DNA of 64,000 nt from Selaginella moellendorffii (GCF_000143415.4 NW_003314329.1:869763-933762), one strand, 5' to 3'. Shown: positions 39,465 through 52,486, numbered from the stretch's first letter. Numbers and translations are program-made. The notes: generated from the sequence alone by a model not told the origin.

Positions 39465-40554
39465 TGTAGCACACATGATTTTTACCCTTTATTCCATAGT
39501 AATTTACTATAATATAACCACGAAATGGAACTTAAACCCTCTATGTGCCACATATTATACGCTATATGCCATATGCCACATGTCCAAAGACAGTGGAGTA
39601 GAACCTAAGTTTCAAAGCCTTGAGCCACTAAATAAAAAAATAAAGCCAAACTCCCAAGCATAGAGCCTAATAGAGCATGGAACAATTCTTGAGCATACAG
39701 CCCAAGAAGCAAAGGGATAGGAGTATGGAGCAACTTGGAATCATTCTAGAGTATTTAACATATTAATGCCAAAACCAACATACAAAACAAAGCCAAATGA
39801 AGTCTGGCACTATTTCAACATACAAATGGCCTAATGCAAGGATATGTGTACTCCACCAGTTAGCATAGTGTGGAATTTGGGATTAGACCAAAGCTATACA
39901 TAGAATAAAAACAAGTATGCAAGTTGGAGGTAGACTATATCTCAAATTAATTAACCATGTTTGACCTACCTAACATCCTTACTATACATTTAGAACAAAG
40001 CCCCCCGTGAGGAACACACACTTTGGGCTTTCACCCTTAGTCACCTTTAATACCAGGAGTATTAACTCAAAACTTGCTAAATATGGAATGGCATTAAATT
40101 ATAAATTTTGACACAGGATCAACACCATTGTGTTTAGAACAATTTCTACATTCTATAGATTTGCTAAATTAACATATTTAAACACTTTCTATAAGTAGTA
40201 ATTAGGACTAAATAGAATTAACACAAAGTGTATAATAGCAAAAGTGTACACAATAAGCTATCACTTAGCGAATATTGAGGGATTAAACTCAATATTTTAG
40301 AGGTTCCAAGCACTAGCAAATGCAAGTTAACATATGAATTTCTCCTACAAGGACAAGTATGCTCAGTAAAAAAACATATAGAAGTCCTTACTTTATATTT
40401 ATTCAGCATAAGTACATAGATAATGACAATTTTCTCAACTAACTCGGTGGAAACTGATAAAGGGTCTAACAATACTAACTTAGCAGTAAATAAAGAATAT
40501 TTAAAAGGATTAACTAACAAATAACTTTTGATACCTACAATCACATTCACAACA
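39465..40554 (-). mobile_element. Family A LTR (about 1.1 kb) with adjacent PPT-like tract
   Basis: tgtagc...cacaaca ends, homologous to 2360-5199 and 12863-18795, followed by ctctcccctttt. Confidence 0.75.
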
Positions 40555-40619
40555 CTCTCCCCTTTTTAGGGACCTAAACAAAATGGTGATTAACCCATAA
40601 TGTTGTGATTGCATTCCAA

Positions 40620-40935
40620 GCTGTCACTGGTCTCGGCAAAGATCTTCATAGCATGCTTATGATGCCCATTCTGAGCATATGCCACGAGCATAGCACACCA
40701 TGAAACCAGATCTCTATCGGGCATTGCCACTTTGCCTTTTCAGAATGCCCGTGAAAAAACTGAAAGCAATTTATTCCAGGAAAAAAAAATTCTACCTATC
40801 GATTGCACTTCTTCCCAACACCAGCATAGCAGATATTTCTCTTGCATTGCATTGAACATCCGCTTCCTGCCGTAAAGATCAGCATCCAAGACACCAGCGG
40901 CATTGCATCAAACAGCTCCTTTGCTGCCTCAGCCT
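40620..40935 (-). pseudogene. PLS-type PPR gene fragment
   Basis: Minus-strand MPDRDLVSWCAMLVAYAQNGHHKHAMKIF and AKELFDAMP. Confidence 0.7.
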
Positions 40936-41179
40936 AAAACATAGTAATTTAATTAGAATTTGCTCCTAGTAGAGCATTGGAGGTATCCGCAGGAACACTG
41001 TGCTCCTTGCACAAAGCCTGGAGGGGCAGTTCATGTGTGTATAATGCAGCGAGAATACTTGGATGGAGATGGGAGAACTAACGCTTGAGGACGAGAAGAA
41101 GAATTACCGGAAGCAGGGTCTGGTCGAAGATGGAGGCTACTTGGATGGGCTGGATTTCAGTAAGCTCTATTGTCGGCAA

Positions 41180-42950
41180 TTACAATGTCTCCATGCTCGT
41201 GTCCAGATCAAGGAATACAGCTGGCATCTCGGTAGGCAGATCGAGTCCCACATATGGAGAACAATTCACGGGCACTGCCACCTTGCAGTGCGTAAGCCCT
41301 GGAAAAACAAAGCAAAGCAAATCAGAAATCGTAGCTCCAGCACAAAAACCTCTCAACCTTGCACAGATCGCTGAGAGACTTTTCGAGATGCTCGGTATGG
41401 CTGGAACTGGAAGTCGGGAAAGACGGATTCTGGGACAGGTTACTGTCCCATACAAGGCACTTAAGGCTATCAGAGCCTGAAGTCTTTGACAGCAACCATG
41501 CCAATGAAGCCGGACATGGAAAAACCACATTAACCTGTCCCAGTGTCGAACACTTCGTCGTTCTTCTTCGAAGGCCTCCACACGTAGTTGATAGCATCCT
41601 CGCCTGCAGCACACGAACTTAGCAAGACCTTTGCGATACAATTAGACTAACCTGTTGCAAGTAAAGTATCCTCAAGATCGCCATCGTAATACCGTACTAG
41701 AATGGACACCGTCTGTGCTTTCGGCTGCCCTGTGCAAGCATTGCAATGATACCATCGTCCCGTTTTTCTCAACCCAGGGCACTTCACATGGTACCAGCTC
41801 TGGCAGCCGTTGGTCAACCATTTCCTTCTTCCTGTTATGAAGAGCGGTCAGTCACGTGGACTGCCACGTAGATAGGGGAGAGGAGTCTCATGTGATCTTT
41901 CCCTCGATTGAATCCAATCTACAAGTCAAGATCTTATCACTTCCGAGGATCGTTCCTCTGCTTACAGGAGTTGCAGCAAATGTTGTCAACCTATCGAAAC
42001 AGAAGAAAAGAATGATGAGTAACTGTGGAGTGGACGTTATATCCTACCCTTGGCATAACCAGGAGCTCAGATTGCAGAGCTTTCCGGATGCGTTCGAAGA
42101 CGAAACCTCACAAAGCAGCATATTCCGGAAAGTGCTGGGACGCTTGAAGGACATCTCAGCATATAGACCTGCCACCTTGGTCGAGCAGAAGGTGTAGTAG
42201 TACTCGCTGAAAGATCCATGACACAACTTGAAGTGAAAAAGCCTCCAAAACATGTCTCGAGTGAGAACCATACTCAGGTGCTTCAATCCCTTTCGAAAGC
42301 TTCCACAGTCAGACCGTTTGCTTCTACATCCCAAAGAAACCAGGGGATACCTCCAAACCATTCAAACGCCATTTCAGCAGCATTCACTCTCTGCATTATC
42401 TCTTTGGCTTCTCGTAGTCTGTCACGCGTTTCCTCCAAGAAGACACAAGAGCATCGTACTTGTGCTTTTCCCACGCAGGCAGATAGCGAGTGAACGTTGT
42501 CCGCTTGGCTTTTCTGACATTGAACTCGTCTGGAGATGAAGCAGCAACAAGGGCTTTATTTCCAACCATCCACCCCAAGTCCACTCACTGATCGATGAGA
42601 TGGTAATCTACTTTGCTGTCCAGCACAATCTCCTGAGGGAAGTCTTCTCTATTCACCACCCTGAGCTTGTCACCCTCGAACATCAAAACAGTTGCTCTGG
42701 ACTCGTAGATCATAGAGGAATGCAGATATACCAACCCCCCGAATTTCCATTCAAATGGCAGCACAACATCCACATGAACGGCGCCAGGATCTTCTTCATC
42801 TCTTTGTACAACCCATCGAATATCTCCCTCACGTACAGCTTCAGAATATTGCTGTGGAATGTGGTCAGACGAGCACCTTGAGCAAGAAATTTCATCCGTT
42901 CCAGATCGAACATTGATCCACCATGCCTGCACTTCCTCGCTGAGATCTCC
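41180..42950 (-). pseudogene. Decayed Crinkler/RHS-like NTPase gene with PHD finger and putative PD-(D/E)xK nuclease
   Basis: Ordered motifs LYVREIFDGLY, YHLID, AASSP, YLPAW, FGGIP, LFH...FCS, then CNSC...GCQSWYHVKC...WYHCNAC, then YVWRPSKKNDEVFD. Frameshifts and stops present, no Walker A visible. Confidence 0.5.
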
Positions 42951-43464
42951 TAACCGAGCTTAGTCTTTGTACTGTGGGTTCCTTGTAAAAGATTGTAATT
43001 AGAAGCTCTATTAGCTAAAAGAGTGATGGAATCACAAGGAATCCAATCACGGTGGAGTTCTTCAGGCCACTTTAGCACACGACAATGACATCCTCAATGT
43101 TAACAATCCACCTTGTGTGTATTAGTGCTCCACGATCGGGCAAGTCTCCGCATAGGTTCATCATTTGGCGAGGAGCCCCACGTAGCTACATGTTATGTCT
43201 AGCATTCTTGAGGCCAGTTTCGTCCTTCTAGGTGGTACATCCTGACAAAGAACTTTTCTAATTTCCGAAGTGAATGTGATCTAGTCGGAAACCATTCCTT
43301 CCAAGACCATGTCCTGGTAGAGGATCAAATTAAAGCGTGGAAGAAATTTTCAGTGAGAGCGTAGGCCTAGCAGTCCATGCGACAATGTTGTGGCACTCGG
43401 GCATTTGATCGAACATTGCCCGTGCCATGTGTGCGTCGTTTTGAGTGTAGAACTCATGCTTTTC

Positions 43465-45075
43465 CACGGTATGTATGGTTCTTCTCGTGCTCATTTTGCT
43501 TATACTCTTGTCCAGATTGCTTCATTCCTCATAGATGTATTTTCCAAGATAATGGAGGCCTGTAGTTCATCAACATCCAAGGCGTGGAGTGACCACAATG
43601 CAACTTGTGATGAGATGAGTTTGTGACCTGGTACACTTTTGTGTTATGCCATCTGCTCTTTGGAAACTTTTGAGAAAGCTTGCTCTCAGCTGATTGAGTT
43701 TGAGCTCGGTCAAGGCTCTCACAAGATTGGACAATAGTGTGAAAGACAGATGATGGCCATACTTTTGGCACCCAAAACCATGTGTTTGACGATAAGTTTA
43801 ACTTTCTAGTTGCACCAAGATCACCACCAATTCCATGAGGTGTAATTTGTTTATGTTGAATCTAGGATTTTTCTCAAGAGCTTCCCTAGTTTATTGGATC
43901 TCTGGTGCAACCCTAGAGTTTTTTTGCGGGTGGAGCTTTCACGGTTTCAGAGCAATATATTATTGCCAAGAAAAGGCATCAAAACTTGAGTCTCACGCCC
44001 CGAGGATCTGAAAGGATCGAAACCTATGGACCTCCGGCTTTGACAACCAAGTGAAGAATAGATTCCCGGGACCAGGGTGCCTGGATCAAATCAAACTCGA
44101 GCTCAGGCAAGCCATCTTCCAGAACAATATCTTAAACAAATGTTGCTATTTCTTGTTGCAGCATACTTATACTTTGTTTCTCAAAAGTAACTTGCTTGCT
44201 CAGATTGAGATGCAGAGTCCATCCAACCCATTTTGTTTGCCATGGCCTCGCCAGAGCATGGAGCAAGTGATCCATCGAGAAGAGAATGGTTTCTTTCTTG
44301 AGCTTGACAGCACCAACGAGCTGAGCGCCATGCGCCCACAAAACGAAAATCTCTTGCGCCGCTGCTTACATTATGGTATACGTTAAGAAGCAATTAGTGT
44401 ACACTTTCGACGGGAACCTGATGTATCTGGCTAGAATAAAGAAATATATTGGCAAGGTCACAGGTTCGAATCCACAGCCAGAGACCCATTCAAATTTTTT
44501 TGTATGAACGAGGGATTGCTCTTCTCCGCAAAGTCGCGTTGCTGGAGCTAAATCTTCTATCGTGCCGATCCCCCAGGCCCGACGCCACGAATGATCCACT
44601 CCGCCGCGCAGGGTTCAGGCTCTTGATATTCCCTTTCACTGGCAAATGCGAGCAGCAAGAACAGGGCATTCGATCTTGTTCGATTGAATGCCCCAGAGGA
44701 ATCTCGTGTCCTGCAACACGGTCGTACAATCCTACATCTGGTCAGCCAGGCAAACAAGATCTTGGATTGACGTGGTCGGTTGGCACTCACTCAGTACACT
44801 GTATGCCGAGTCCGGGCATCTTGAGATTTCCAAGAACAAGGAGTTCCGTGATCGTCTTCTGGAACACGATGATCACCGTGTATGTGGCGGCATCCCGCAT
44901 CCGAGACTGAGAGTCTATGTTTGATTGCGTCTCAGAGCGCCATGGAACTCGATGATAATGGCACTCGCGCACCAAGGGCAAATTGTGGCAGTGAAATCGA
45001 CCTTGGGCAAAAACGCTGGCCAAGGATCTCGTGTCCTGGACGAATCTACTCCCCAGAATGACAGGACGTTCCAAG
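43465..45075 (+). repeat. Composite repeat copy 2
   Basis: Direct repeat of about 49485-50920. Confidence 0.85.
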
Positions 45076-45900
45076 ACGTGGCGACAGCCACCAAGGCTTC
45101 GTTGCCCGCATGAAGAACAGCTTCGGTCAAATCCCAGTACCGTGGATCCTCGCATTTGCGAGAATGGGCATTTTGACAAGGCCATTCATGAGATCCTGCG
45201 CAAGACCATTGTCTGCTGGATAGCTCTCACGCAAGTTTCAACTTGAGCACCACTAAGAGCATGTTTGAGAGCATGAAGATGCACACTTTGGTTTCCTGGA
45301 CAACCAAAGCTCAAAACGGGCACTACGATCGAGCAGTGGAAGTCTTCCAGCTTATGAATCTCGAGGGTGTTAAGCTGGACGAGTTGATGTTCCAGAGCGT
45401 TTTAACTTCATGCAGCCATGCCGAGCTGGGAACACTTGGTCTTGATCAGCCAATACTTTGGGATGGTGGCGAGGAGAGGGCACTCTATATTTCTGCATGA
45501 TCGACATCCTGGGTTGATCCAGGAGAACTTTGAGTGTGGAGGAGCTCCTCAAACTCGATGCCATTCCTTCCAGATGTCGTGATCTGGATCCCCCTCCATG
45601 GCACACTTCCCAAGAACCCTAGGTAAGCTTTAAAGGCTCCTTTAAATTGCTGTTTAACTTAAGTCACAGCTTCTGATTGTGCTGAGAGAGTCGCAGCAAA
45701 TATCTTTGAGAGTGCTGGAGCCCTGCTACACTACTGGTCTCTCAAACATGTACTCTGTCGATTACACATTGGGAGGTGGGACAAGGTCTCAATCATTTGG
45801 AACCTGATGAGGTCGAGGCGAGTGAGAAAAGTTCTAACATCATTCGAGTTGGTAGCAAAGTTCACAGCTTCGTGGTTGCAGCAAAGACATCATCGAGGAG
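44500..45900 (+). pseudogene. PLS-E class PPR pseudogene
   Basis: MPQRNLVS, AQNGHYDRAVEVFQLMNLEGVKLDELMFQSVLTSCSHA, CMIDILG, MPFLPDVVIW and KVHSFVV. Many frameshifts. Confidence 0.75.
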
Positions 45901-46419
45901 CGTAGGGGAGAGAGCAAAAGGAGGAGCTGCTTCACTACCACCAGCGTTGTGGCTTTTGGATTGATCAGCAGGGAACAAGGGATATATGTTGCAGTGAAAG
46001 CATTGCTTTCCCACGGTTCTTCTTTCACCCTTTTTGCTCTAAATACTCTTGTTGTGGACAGCCACCTTTTGGCTTTGAGTACTTTCCATTCTTCACACAG
46101 GATGTGACTTGAAATTTCATGGAGTTTTTCAAATCTTTGGTCTTGTTGCTGCTAGGAACAAGCATCAGACTTGGATAGAATGCCACAAGAAAATCCCTTG
46201 ATGAAATCTCAAGCTCCCCAGGATTTGAAAGAACAGAAAAGTACCTCCAGCCTTAACTTTGCTGTTAATCAAGGGCGTGCCTGGATCAATTTAATCTTGT
46301 TGCACGTGGCGACTCCGAGATGGGCTAAATATGGTGAAAACCTTAACTTTTGGGTTTAAAATATGATGTGGACCAATCAGAGACGAGATAGCGTGGATAA
46401 AACTTCAGAAGTTAGCATT

Positions 46420-48295
46420 GACATTGACATGCGCTGTATGTGTAAGCACGCTATACCATTTGCATATGCTCTCTACAGTGTGACAAGCCATGGCTTTCTC
46501 TTGTCCTGGTGTAGGTGACAGATGCTGCACACACACCATTCTGTCCAGCCCTCACCAGAGCTCGCCACTGCCTTGTCTATAAACAAGCCGCTAGTCTGTG
46601 TGCATGGTGGTGCTCCATTCCCACACCTTCCCTTACATATGTTTCTTGACCCCTTGTTCCCACCCAATCACTCCTGCCGCATGCATCCAGGACATATGGA
46701 TAAAGCACCTTCCAGGCTGAACTCCCATAACTCCATCCTTGTGTTTTTCACTTGCCATGCTGGCCACACGAGTCTAGTCACCAATCGTTTGCTAGGGCAC
46801 GCCGCCCTTATCCTGCCAGCCCTGTGGCTATTTTGGCTGCCGGATCGGCACTCACGGCCTACCATGCCCCTGCGTGTGGGGGCAGAATATGGAGAAGTTT
46901 AAGGCACTAGAGGAGCTGCTGTCTAATGGGATCCGGGATGATGCCGCCCTGTATGTAGTGAACAGGAGATCATTTTACAAACCCGGGTTTGTAACTTTTC
47001 CCTTCCGTGATTACTTTTGGACGTGTTGTTTGGGTATGGTGGGACGGTTTCTCATCTCCCGACCAGCTCAAGCATGCTGGTTGCTCACTGGAGCAAGTTC
47101 CCAACAAATCCAGCAAAGGGTGACGAGAAGATGATACTGATTCTGCTAGGGCTCCTCATGGTCAAAGAGAGTCCCAAGCTGACCGAGGCAACCTGGAAAG
47201 ACTTTTAACTCCACATACCATTTGATGGTGGTTTAGCTGCTGTTTAAACCTGGGTTTGTAAAATGATCTCCTGTCCACTACATATGGGATGGCGTCATCC
47301 TGGATCCCATTAGACAGCAGCTCCTCCAGTGCCTTAAACTTCTCCATATTCAGACTATAGGGTAGGCATAGGGTAGTTGGTGCACTCAAAGTATGGTTCC
47401 AGGCAGCCAAAAATAGGCCCAGGGCCAATGTTGCTTGGTCAGCTTGGGACTCTCTTTGACTGTGAGGAGTCCCAGCAGAATCAGTATCATCTTCTCATCA
47501 CCCCTTACTGGATTTGTTGGGAACTTGCTCCAGTGAGCAACCACACAAACATGCTTGAGCTGGTCCGGAGATTGAGAAACCGTCCCACCATACACATGGT
47601 AGGACACCACCCAAACAACACGTCCAAAAGTAAGCACGGAAGGGAAAAGTTACAAACCTGGGTTTGTAAAATGATCTCCTGTTCACTACGTATGGGACGG
47701 TGTCATCCCGGATCCCGTTAGACAGCAGCTCCTCCAGCACCTACCTTCTCCATATTCAGACTATAGGGGTAGGGTAGTTCGGTGCGTTCGCGCGGCCTAA
47801 AATAGCCCCGGGGCCATATTTGGCGCGGGCAGGATAAGGCCGGCGTGCCCTAGCAGTGTCATACTTTTAACAGCTGGCGACTAAACTCGCGCGGCCAGGA
47901 TGGCGGATGGAGTTATGGAGGTACTCCACGGACGAATGCTGGAGTTCAAGCCCTGCACGGTGCTTTATCCATATGTCCCGGATGCAATGGCGGATGCATG
48001 GGGCACACTAACAGCACGGACATGCGGTGAGTGTGGAATCACGGAGCTAGGTGGGAACAAGGGGTCAAGAAACATTTGTAAGAGAAAATGGAGCGCCACC
48101 ATGCACACAGACTAGCGGCTTCTTTTTAGACAAGGCAGTGGCGAGCTCTGGTCAGGGCTGGACAGAGTGGTGGGTGTGCAGCATCTGTCACCAACACCCG
48201 GACAAGAGAAAGCCATGGCTTGTCACACTGTCAAGAGCATATGCAAACGGTATAGCGTGCTTACACACCGGGCTCACACAGCGCATGTCAATGTC
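46420..48295. repeat. Long imperfect inverted repeat (arms 46420-47192 and 47430-48295)
   Basis: Arms are reverse complements with indels. The spacer contains a third partial copy (about 47246-47420). Confidence 0.85.
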
Positions 48296-48594
48296 CACAG
48301 AAAGTTCAATGCAATTGCAAAGGGTGGCATCTCAAGTCCGATGCTTTTGGAGAACCCCATTGTCGATTGGAGAGGTACACACGAGGGCTCAACCTTTTGC
48401 TCACGGGAGTACATCCCGGCTTGCAGTAGGTGGACAGCGTGGTTGGTGTAATCTCTTCTGGTGCTGCACACCCTTTTGGTAACTCGGGAACAGTTTGGTG
48501 GCACATCCTCGTCACTTTCTCCAAACCAGGTTGCTCCAAACCCTAGAACCGGTTCGAATCCACAGCTAGAGACCCAATCAAAAAATTTTGCAAC

Positions 48595-49330
48595 ACTTGG
48601 TGCGCTTGTTCTTGCTTTGCATCTTGGAAGCTACTGTGATCAGAGCGAGCTCATCTCGGGACGATGGGAAAAGCCAAGAGCTACTTGTCGTCCATAGCCA
48701 AAGACGACAGCATCTCCACGATCATGGAACACTTAAGATGCTTGGTGGATCCCCTGGGGAGATCTGGGAAGCTAGACGAGGCCAGTGTCGAGCCAAATTT
48801 CAGCGCTGGAGAATGAAAGAGTGGGGAAAAGTCCGATGCTAGTGTAGCTCCAACCATTCTTCTCAATCCCTGTCGAATACACTCGAAGGAATGTCCCCGA
48901 ATGAGGCTCGAATGTGCTCTTGGCACAAGTGATCCAGGCCAGGCCAGGCCACAACGACGACTAGCGCGTGGATCTCCGCCGGATCGGCATTGACAGCTGC
49001 CAAGAGAAATAACTGGATGCTCGAAAAAGAGTGACAAGTGCAAATGCCGCGATCGCAATCTTCCACGAGAAAGAACCTCGATCTTTCATGGAAGATTTCC
49101 AGCGCCCGCACTTTCCATACATTTCTATGACCAGATTAGCAAGGAACCTCGAGGCCGCTGGAGACGATTTTCCTCGTGGACGCCTTCCCCCTCCCAGATC
49201 TGTGCTCACCGCATTCTCGCCCAGGCGCCCACCGCTGGAGATCGCTCCTCCTTCCTGCAAATCTTCGCTGGATGGCACCTCCTCGTCAAGGCTCAAGAAC
49301 GACGCCATGGAAAACCACCGCCATTGCCAT
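48595..49330 (-). pseudogene. PPR gene 5' fragment
   Basis: Minus-strand RFLANLVIEMYGKCG, AEIHALV and further broken PPR-like segments. Confidence 0.6.
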
Positions 49331-49484
49331 TATACGCTACTGCTGCACATTTCCGATCCAGGGGGCTCTTTACCCGGGCGGTCTGCTGCTGCCGGGCGTG
49401 CTCTATGAGTCGAGCAGCATGGTCTTTCTTCTCAGTCTCAGACATCTTCAAACTAGGCTCACAAGCACAAGCACTGCTTTTTGG

Positions 49485-51060
49485 CGGTATGTATGGTTCT
49501 TGTCGTGCTCATTTTGCTTATACTCTTGTCCAGATCGCTTCATTCCTCATCTCCGCCACCCTTTGGCCTCGAGTATTTTCCAAGATAAATGGAGGCCCGT
49601 AGTTCATCAACATCCAAGGCGTGGAGTGACCGTGATGAGATGAGTTGGTGACCTGGTATACTTTTGTGTTATGCCATCTGCTCTTTGGAATCTTTTGAGA
49701 AAGCTTGCTCTCAGCTGATTGAGTTTGAGCTCGGTCAAGGCTCTCACAGGTTTATTGGATCTCTGGTGCAACCCTGGAGTTTTTTTTGCGGGTGAGTAAG
49801 CTTTCACGGTTTCAGAGCAATATATTATTGCCAGGAAAAGGCATCAAAACTTGGAGCTCCGAGTCTCACGCCCCGAGGATCTGAAAGGATCCAAACCTAT
49901 GGACCTCCAGCTTTGACAACCAAGTGAAGAATAGATTCCCGGGACCAGGGTGCCTGGATCAAATCAAACTCGAGCTCAGACAAGCCATCTTCCAGAACAA
50001 TATCTTAAACGGATGTTGCTGGTTCTACTTATACTTTGTTTCTCAAAAGTAGCTTCTGCATCAGCTGCTTGCTCAGATTGAGATGCAGAGTCCATCCAGA
50101 GCATGGAGCAAGTGAGAGTTGAGTTTCATTCCATCCAGAAGAGAATGGTTTCTTTCTTGAGCTTGACAGCACCAACGAGCTGAGCGCCCACAAAACGAAA
50201 ATCTCTTGCGCCGCTGTTTACATTATCGTATACGTTAAGAAGCAATTAGTGTACACTTTGGACGGGAACCTGGTGGCCGGATATCTGGCTAGAATAAAGA
50301 AATATATTGGCAAGGTCACAGGTTCGAATCCACAAGCCAGAGACCCATTCAAAAATTTTTGTATGAACGAGGGATTTCTCGGCAGCGTTGCTGGAGCTAA
50401 ATCTTCTAACGAATGATCCACGCCGCCGCGCAGGGTTCAGGCTCTTGGATCGCGCGATATTCCCTTTCGCTGGCAAATGCGAGCAGCAAGAACAGGGCAT
50501 TCGATCGATGCGGCGTCAATCTTGTTCGATTTGAATGCCCCAGAGGAATCTCGTGTCCTGCAACACGGTCGTACAATCCCACATCAATCTCAGCCAGGCA
50601 AACAAGATCTTGGATTGACGTGGTCGGTTGGCACTCACTCAGTACACTGTATGCCGAGTCCGGGCATCATGAGATTTCCAAGAACAAGGAGTTCCGTGAT
50701 CGTCTCCTGGAACGCGATGATCACCGCGTATGTGGCGGCATCCCGCATCCGAGAGTGAGAGTCTGTGTTTGATTGCGTCTCAGAGCGCCATGGAACTCGA
50801 TGATAATGGCGCTTGCGCACCAGGGGCAAATTCTGGCAGCGAAATCGACCTTGGGCAAAACGCCGGCCAAGGATCTCGTGTCCTGGACGAATCTACTGTC
50901 CAGAATGACAGGACGTTCCATGGGTTCCCCTTCCAGCAGTGAATACCAGAGGGGGGATTTGGCCACCTCCAAAGAAATCTTTGATTTCATGCCGGATGAA
51001 GACGGTATTGATTCGGCCAGTAGCTGCTCTCCAGAATCCGCGCGTGGATCCTCCAAATCT
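49485..51060 (+). repeat. Composite repeat copy 3 with PPR fragments
   Basis: Direct repeat of 43465-45075. PPR-like EYQRGDLATSKEIFDFMP at the end. Confidence 0.85.
50262..50347 (+). other. tRNA-derived (SINE-head-like) segment
   Basis: A-box-like tggccggatatctgg and B-box ggttcgaatcc (50321-50331). Copies at about 44410-44490, 36797-36880 (minus) and a partial one at 48549-48580. No full cloverleaf. Confidence 0.45.
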
Positions 51061-51163
51061 CTGGCCTCGCAGCCCCTGGATGTCGTCCACGTGGACAGTC
51101 ACAATTTTTCTTTTGCACTCCAAATCCAATAAGAGGTGCTGAAACTACATTTTATTATCTCCC

Positions 51164-51299
51164 AGTGTTCATGGCTTTGTGGTTATAGTATGCATGCTGT
51201 AATGTTCTATTGTGTACGGTTGCTGGGTTCGATTCCCATCCGCCTCAACTTTCAATTAAGAATACTACGGTCTTAGGGGCGCCCCCTAACATGAACACT
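51164..51299 (+). ncRNA. Putative Pol III-type small element (tRNA-derived SINE/ncRNA-like)
   Basis: A-box-like tggctttgtgg, B-box gggttcgattccc (51225-51237), 10-bp terminal inverted repeat, 3' hairpin and T-rich tail. Confidence 0.35.
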
Positions 51300-51990
51300 A
51301 TTTTATTATTTTATTATTAAATTAACTGTGTTGTTAAGTACCATTTTATTATTTTCGTTTTTTTAACACTATACAATTTGGCTCTCCTCAAAATCTCACC
51401 TAAGATTAACTGTGTTGAGTTTCTGGGTGTTAAGTTGGTACTAGATCATAGTAAAGAAGCCAAACCAAACTTGTAATCAATGGAATCAATTCTTACAGAC
51501 TTAAACAAACAGATCATTAAAAAGTATTAACTTAGGTGCATCTCCACTGTAGTCATGCAATAAAATTTTGTGGAAGGGAAGATATATATTTGATTTGCTC
51601 CAGCAGCACACAAACAGCACAAACATGCCATTGAGCTTACCAATTCGATCATATATACCAAATTCTCATCAGTTGTCACTTCAGCATAATTGATCAATCA
51701 TACACAATGTTGTGCCATTGAATTCTCGATGACCCTACCAGCATATGCAAGGTTTCCTCACCATTTGAACAAGAAAGACGCTAGACAACAAGCTAGAAAT
51801 GAACATTTAAACGCAGTTTATATTAGTGGTAACTATAAACAAATAAAAGGTTAAGAGTGATACATCACAGCTGTTGGATTAAAGGATATCTTAGAATATA
51901 CCATCCAAACCATTAGATTTTAGTGCGGCTACGGTTTCGCGTGGCTATGGACCAGGGGTGAGGTGAGAGAGACTTGGGTATTCGTCTTCC

Positions 51991-52486
51991 TCTGTGCAGC
52001 GGAAAGCTGCCATCTCTCGATGTTTGGGTCCCTTGAATCCCTTGGAGCTCTCCATCCGGTTGCACCCAGACAAAGGCGACATTTTCCATCCCCTCTCTCT
52101 CAACTACACAACAGGCCTGTCGTGCCGGACTTGGGACGAGCTGGTCCAGGAGCTCAGCTGCATCTATTCTGACACAATTGCTGCACTCCCTGACGCATCC
52201 CTTCCGGATGCCAAGATGCGGCAAAATGCGGCGATCATCCAAGGCATCCAGCCGCCCAAGGACGAAAGGGAGCCGGCTTGGATGTCGAAGCTGTCCGAGA
52301 TTTGCAGAGGTAGGATCGACGTGGACTTGCTTTTGTGCCACAAATTCATGCTTGCCTTTCGCTACCATCTGGACGTTAACGACTCAAACGTCGTCTCCAT
52401 GGACAAGGAGCAAGATTGCCAGGACCTAATCATGCAAGATGAAGAAGAGCTCTACATTGATCATCACCTCCCTCGAGCTCAAGCTG
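51991..52486 (+). pseudogene. Orphan coding-like exon truncated by an LTR
   Basis: About 165 open codons after a GT-AG intron (51963-51999). The frame runs into family B LTR sequence at 52487. Confidence 0.35.

Noticed and set aside
44410-44490. Functional tRNA genes at GGTTCGAATCC sites (also 36810, 48549, 50321 and 51225)
   Set aside because: No complete acceptor and anticodon stems could be folded, so these are treated as tRNA-derived fragments.
36781-44505. Single Pack-MULE bounded by the inverted repeat copies
   Set aside because: No TSD at the outer ends, and the left copy is more similar to the 50-kb copy than to the 44-kb copy.
52050-52080. J-domain from the LHPDK motif
   Set aside because: The flanking J-domain helix signatures are absent.
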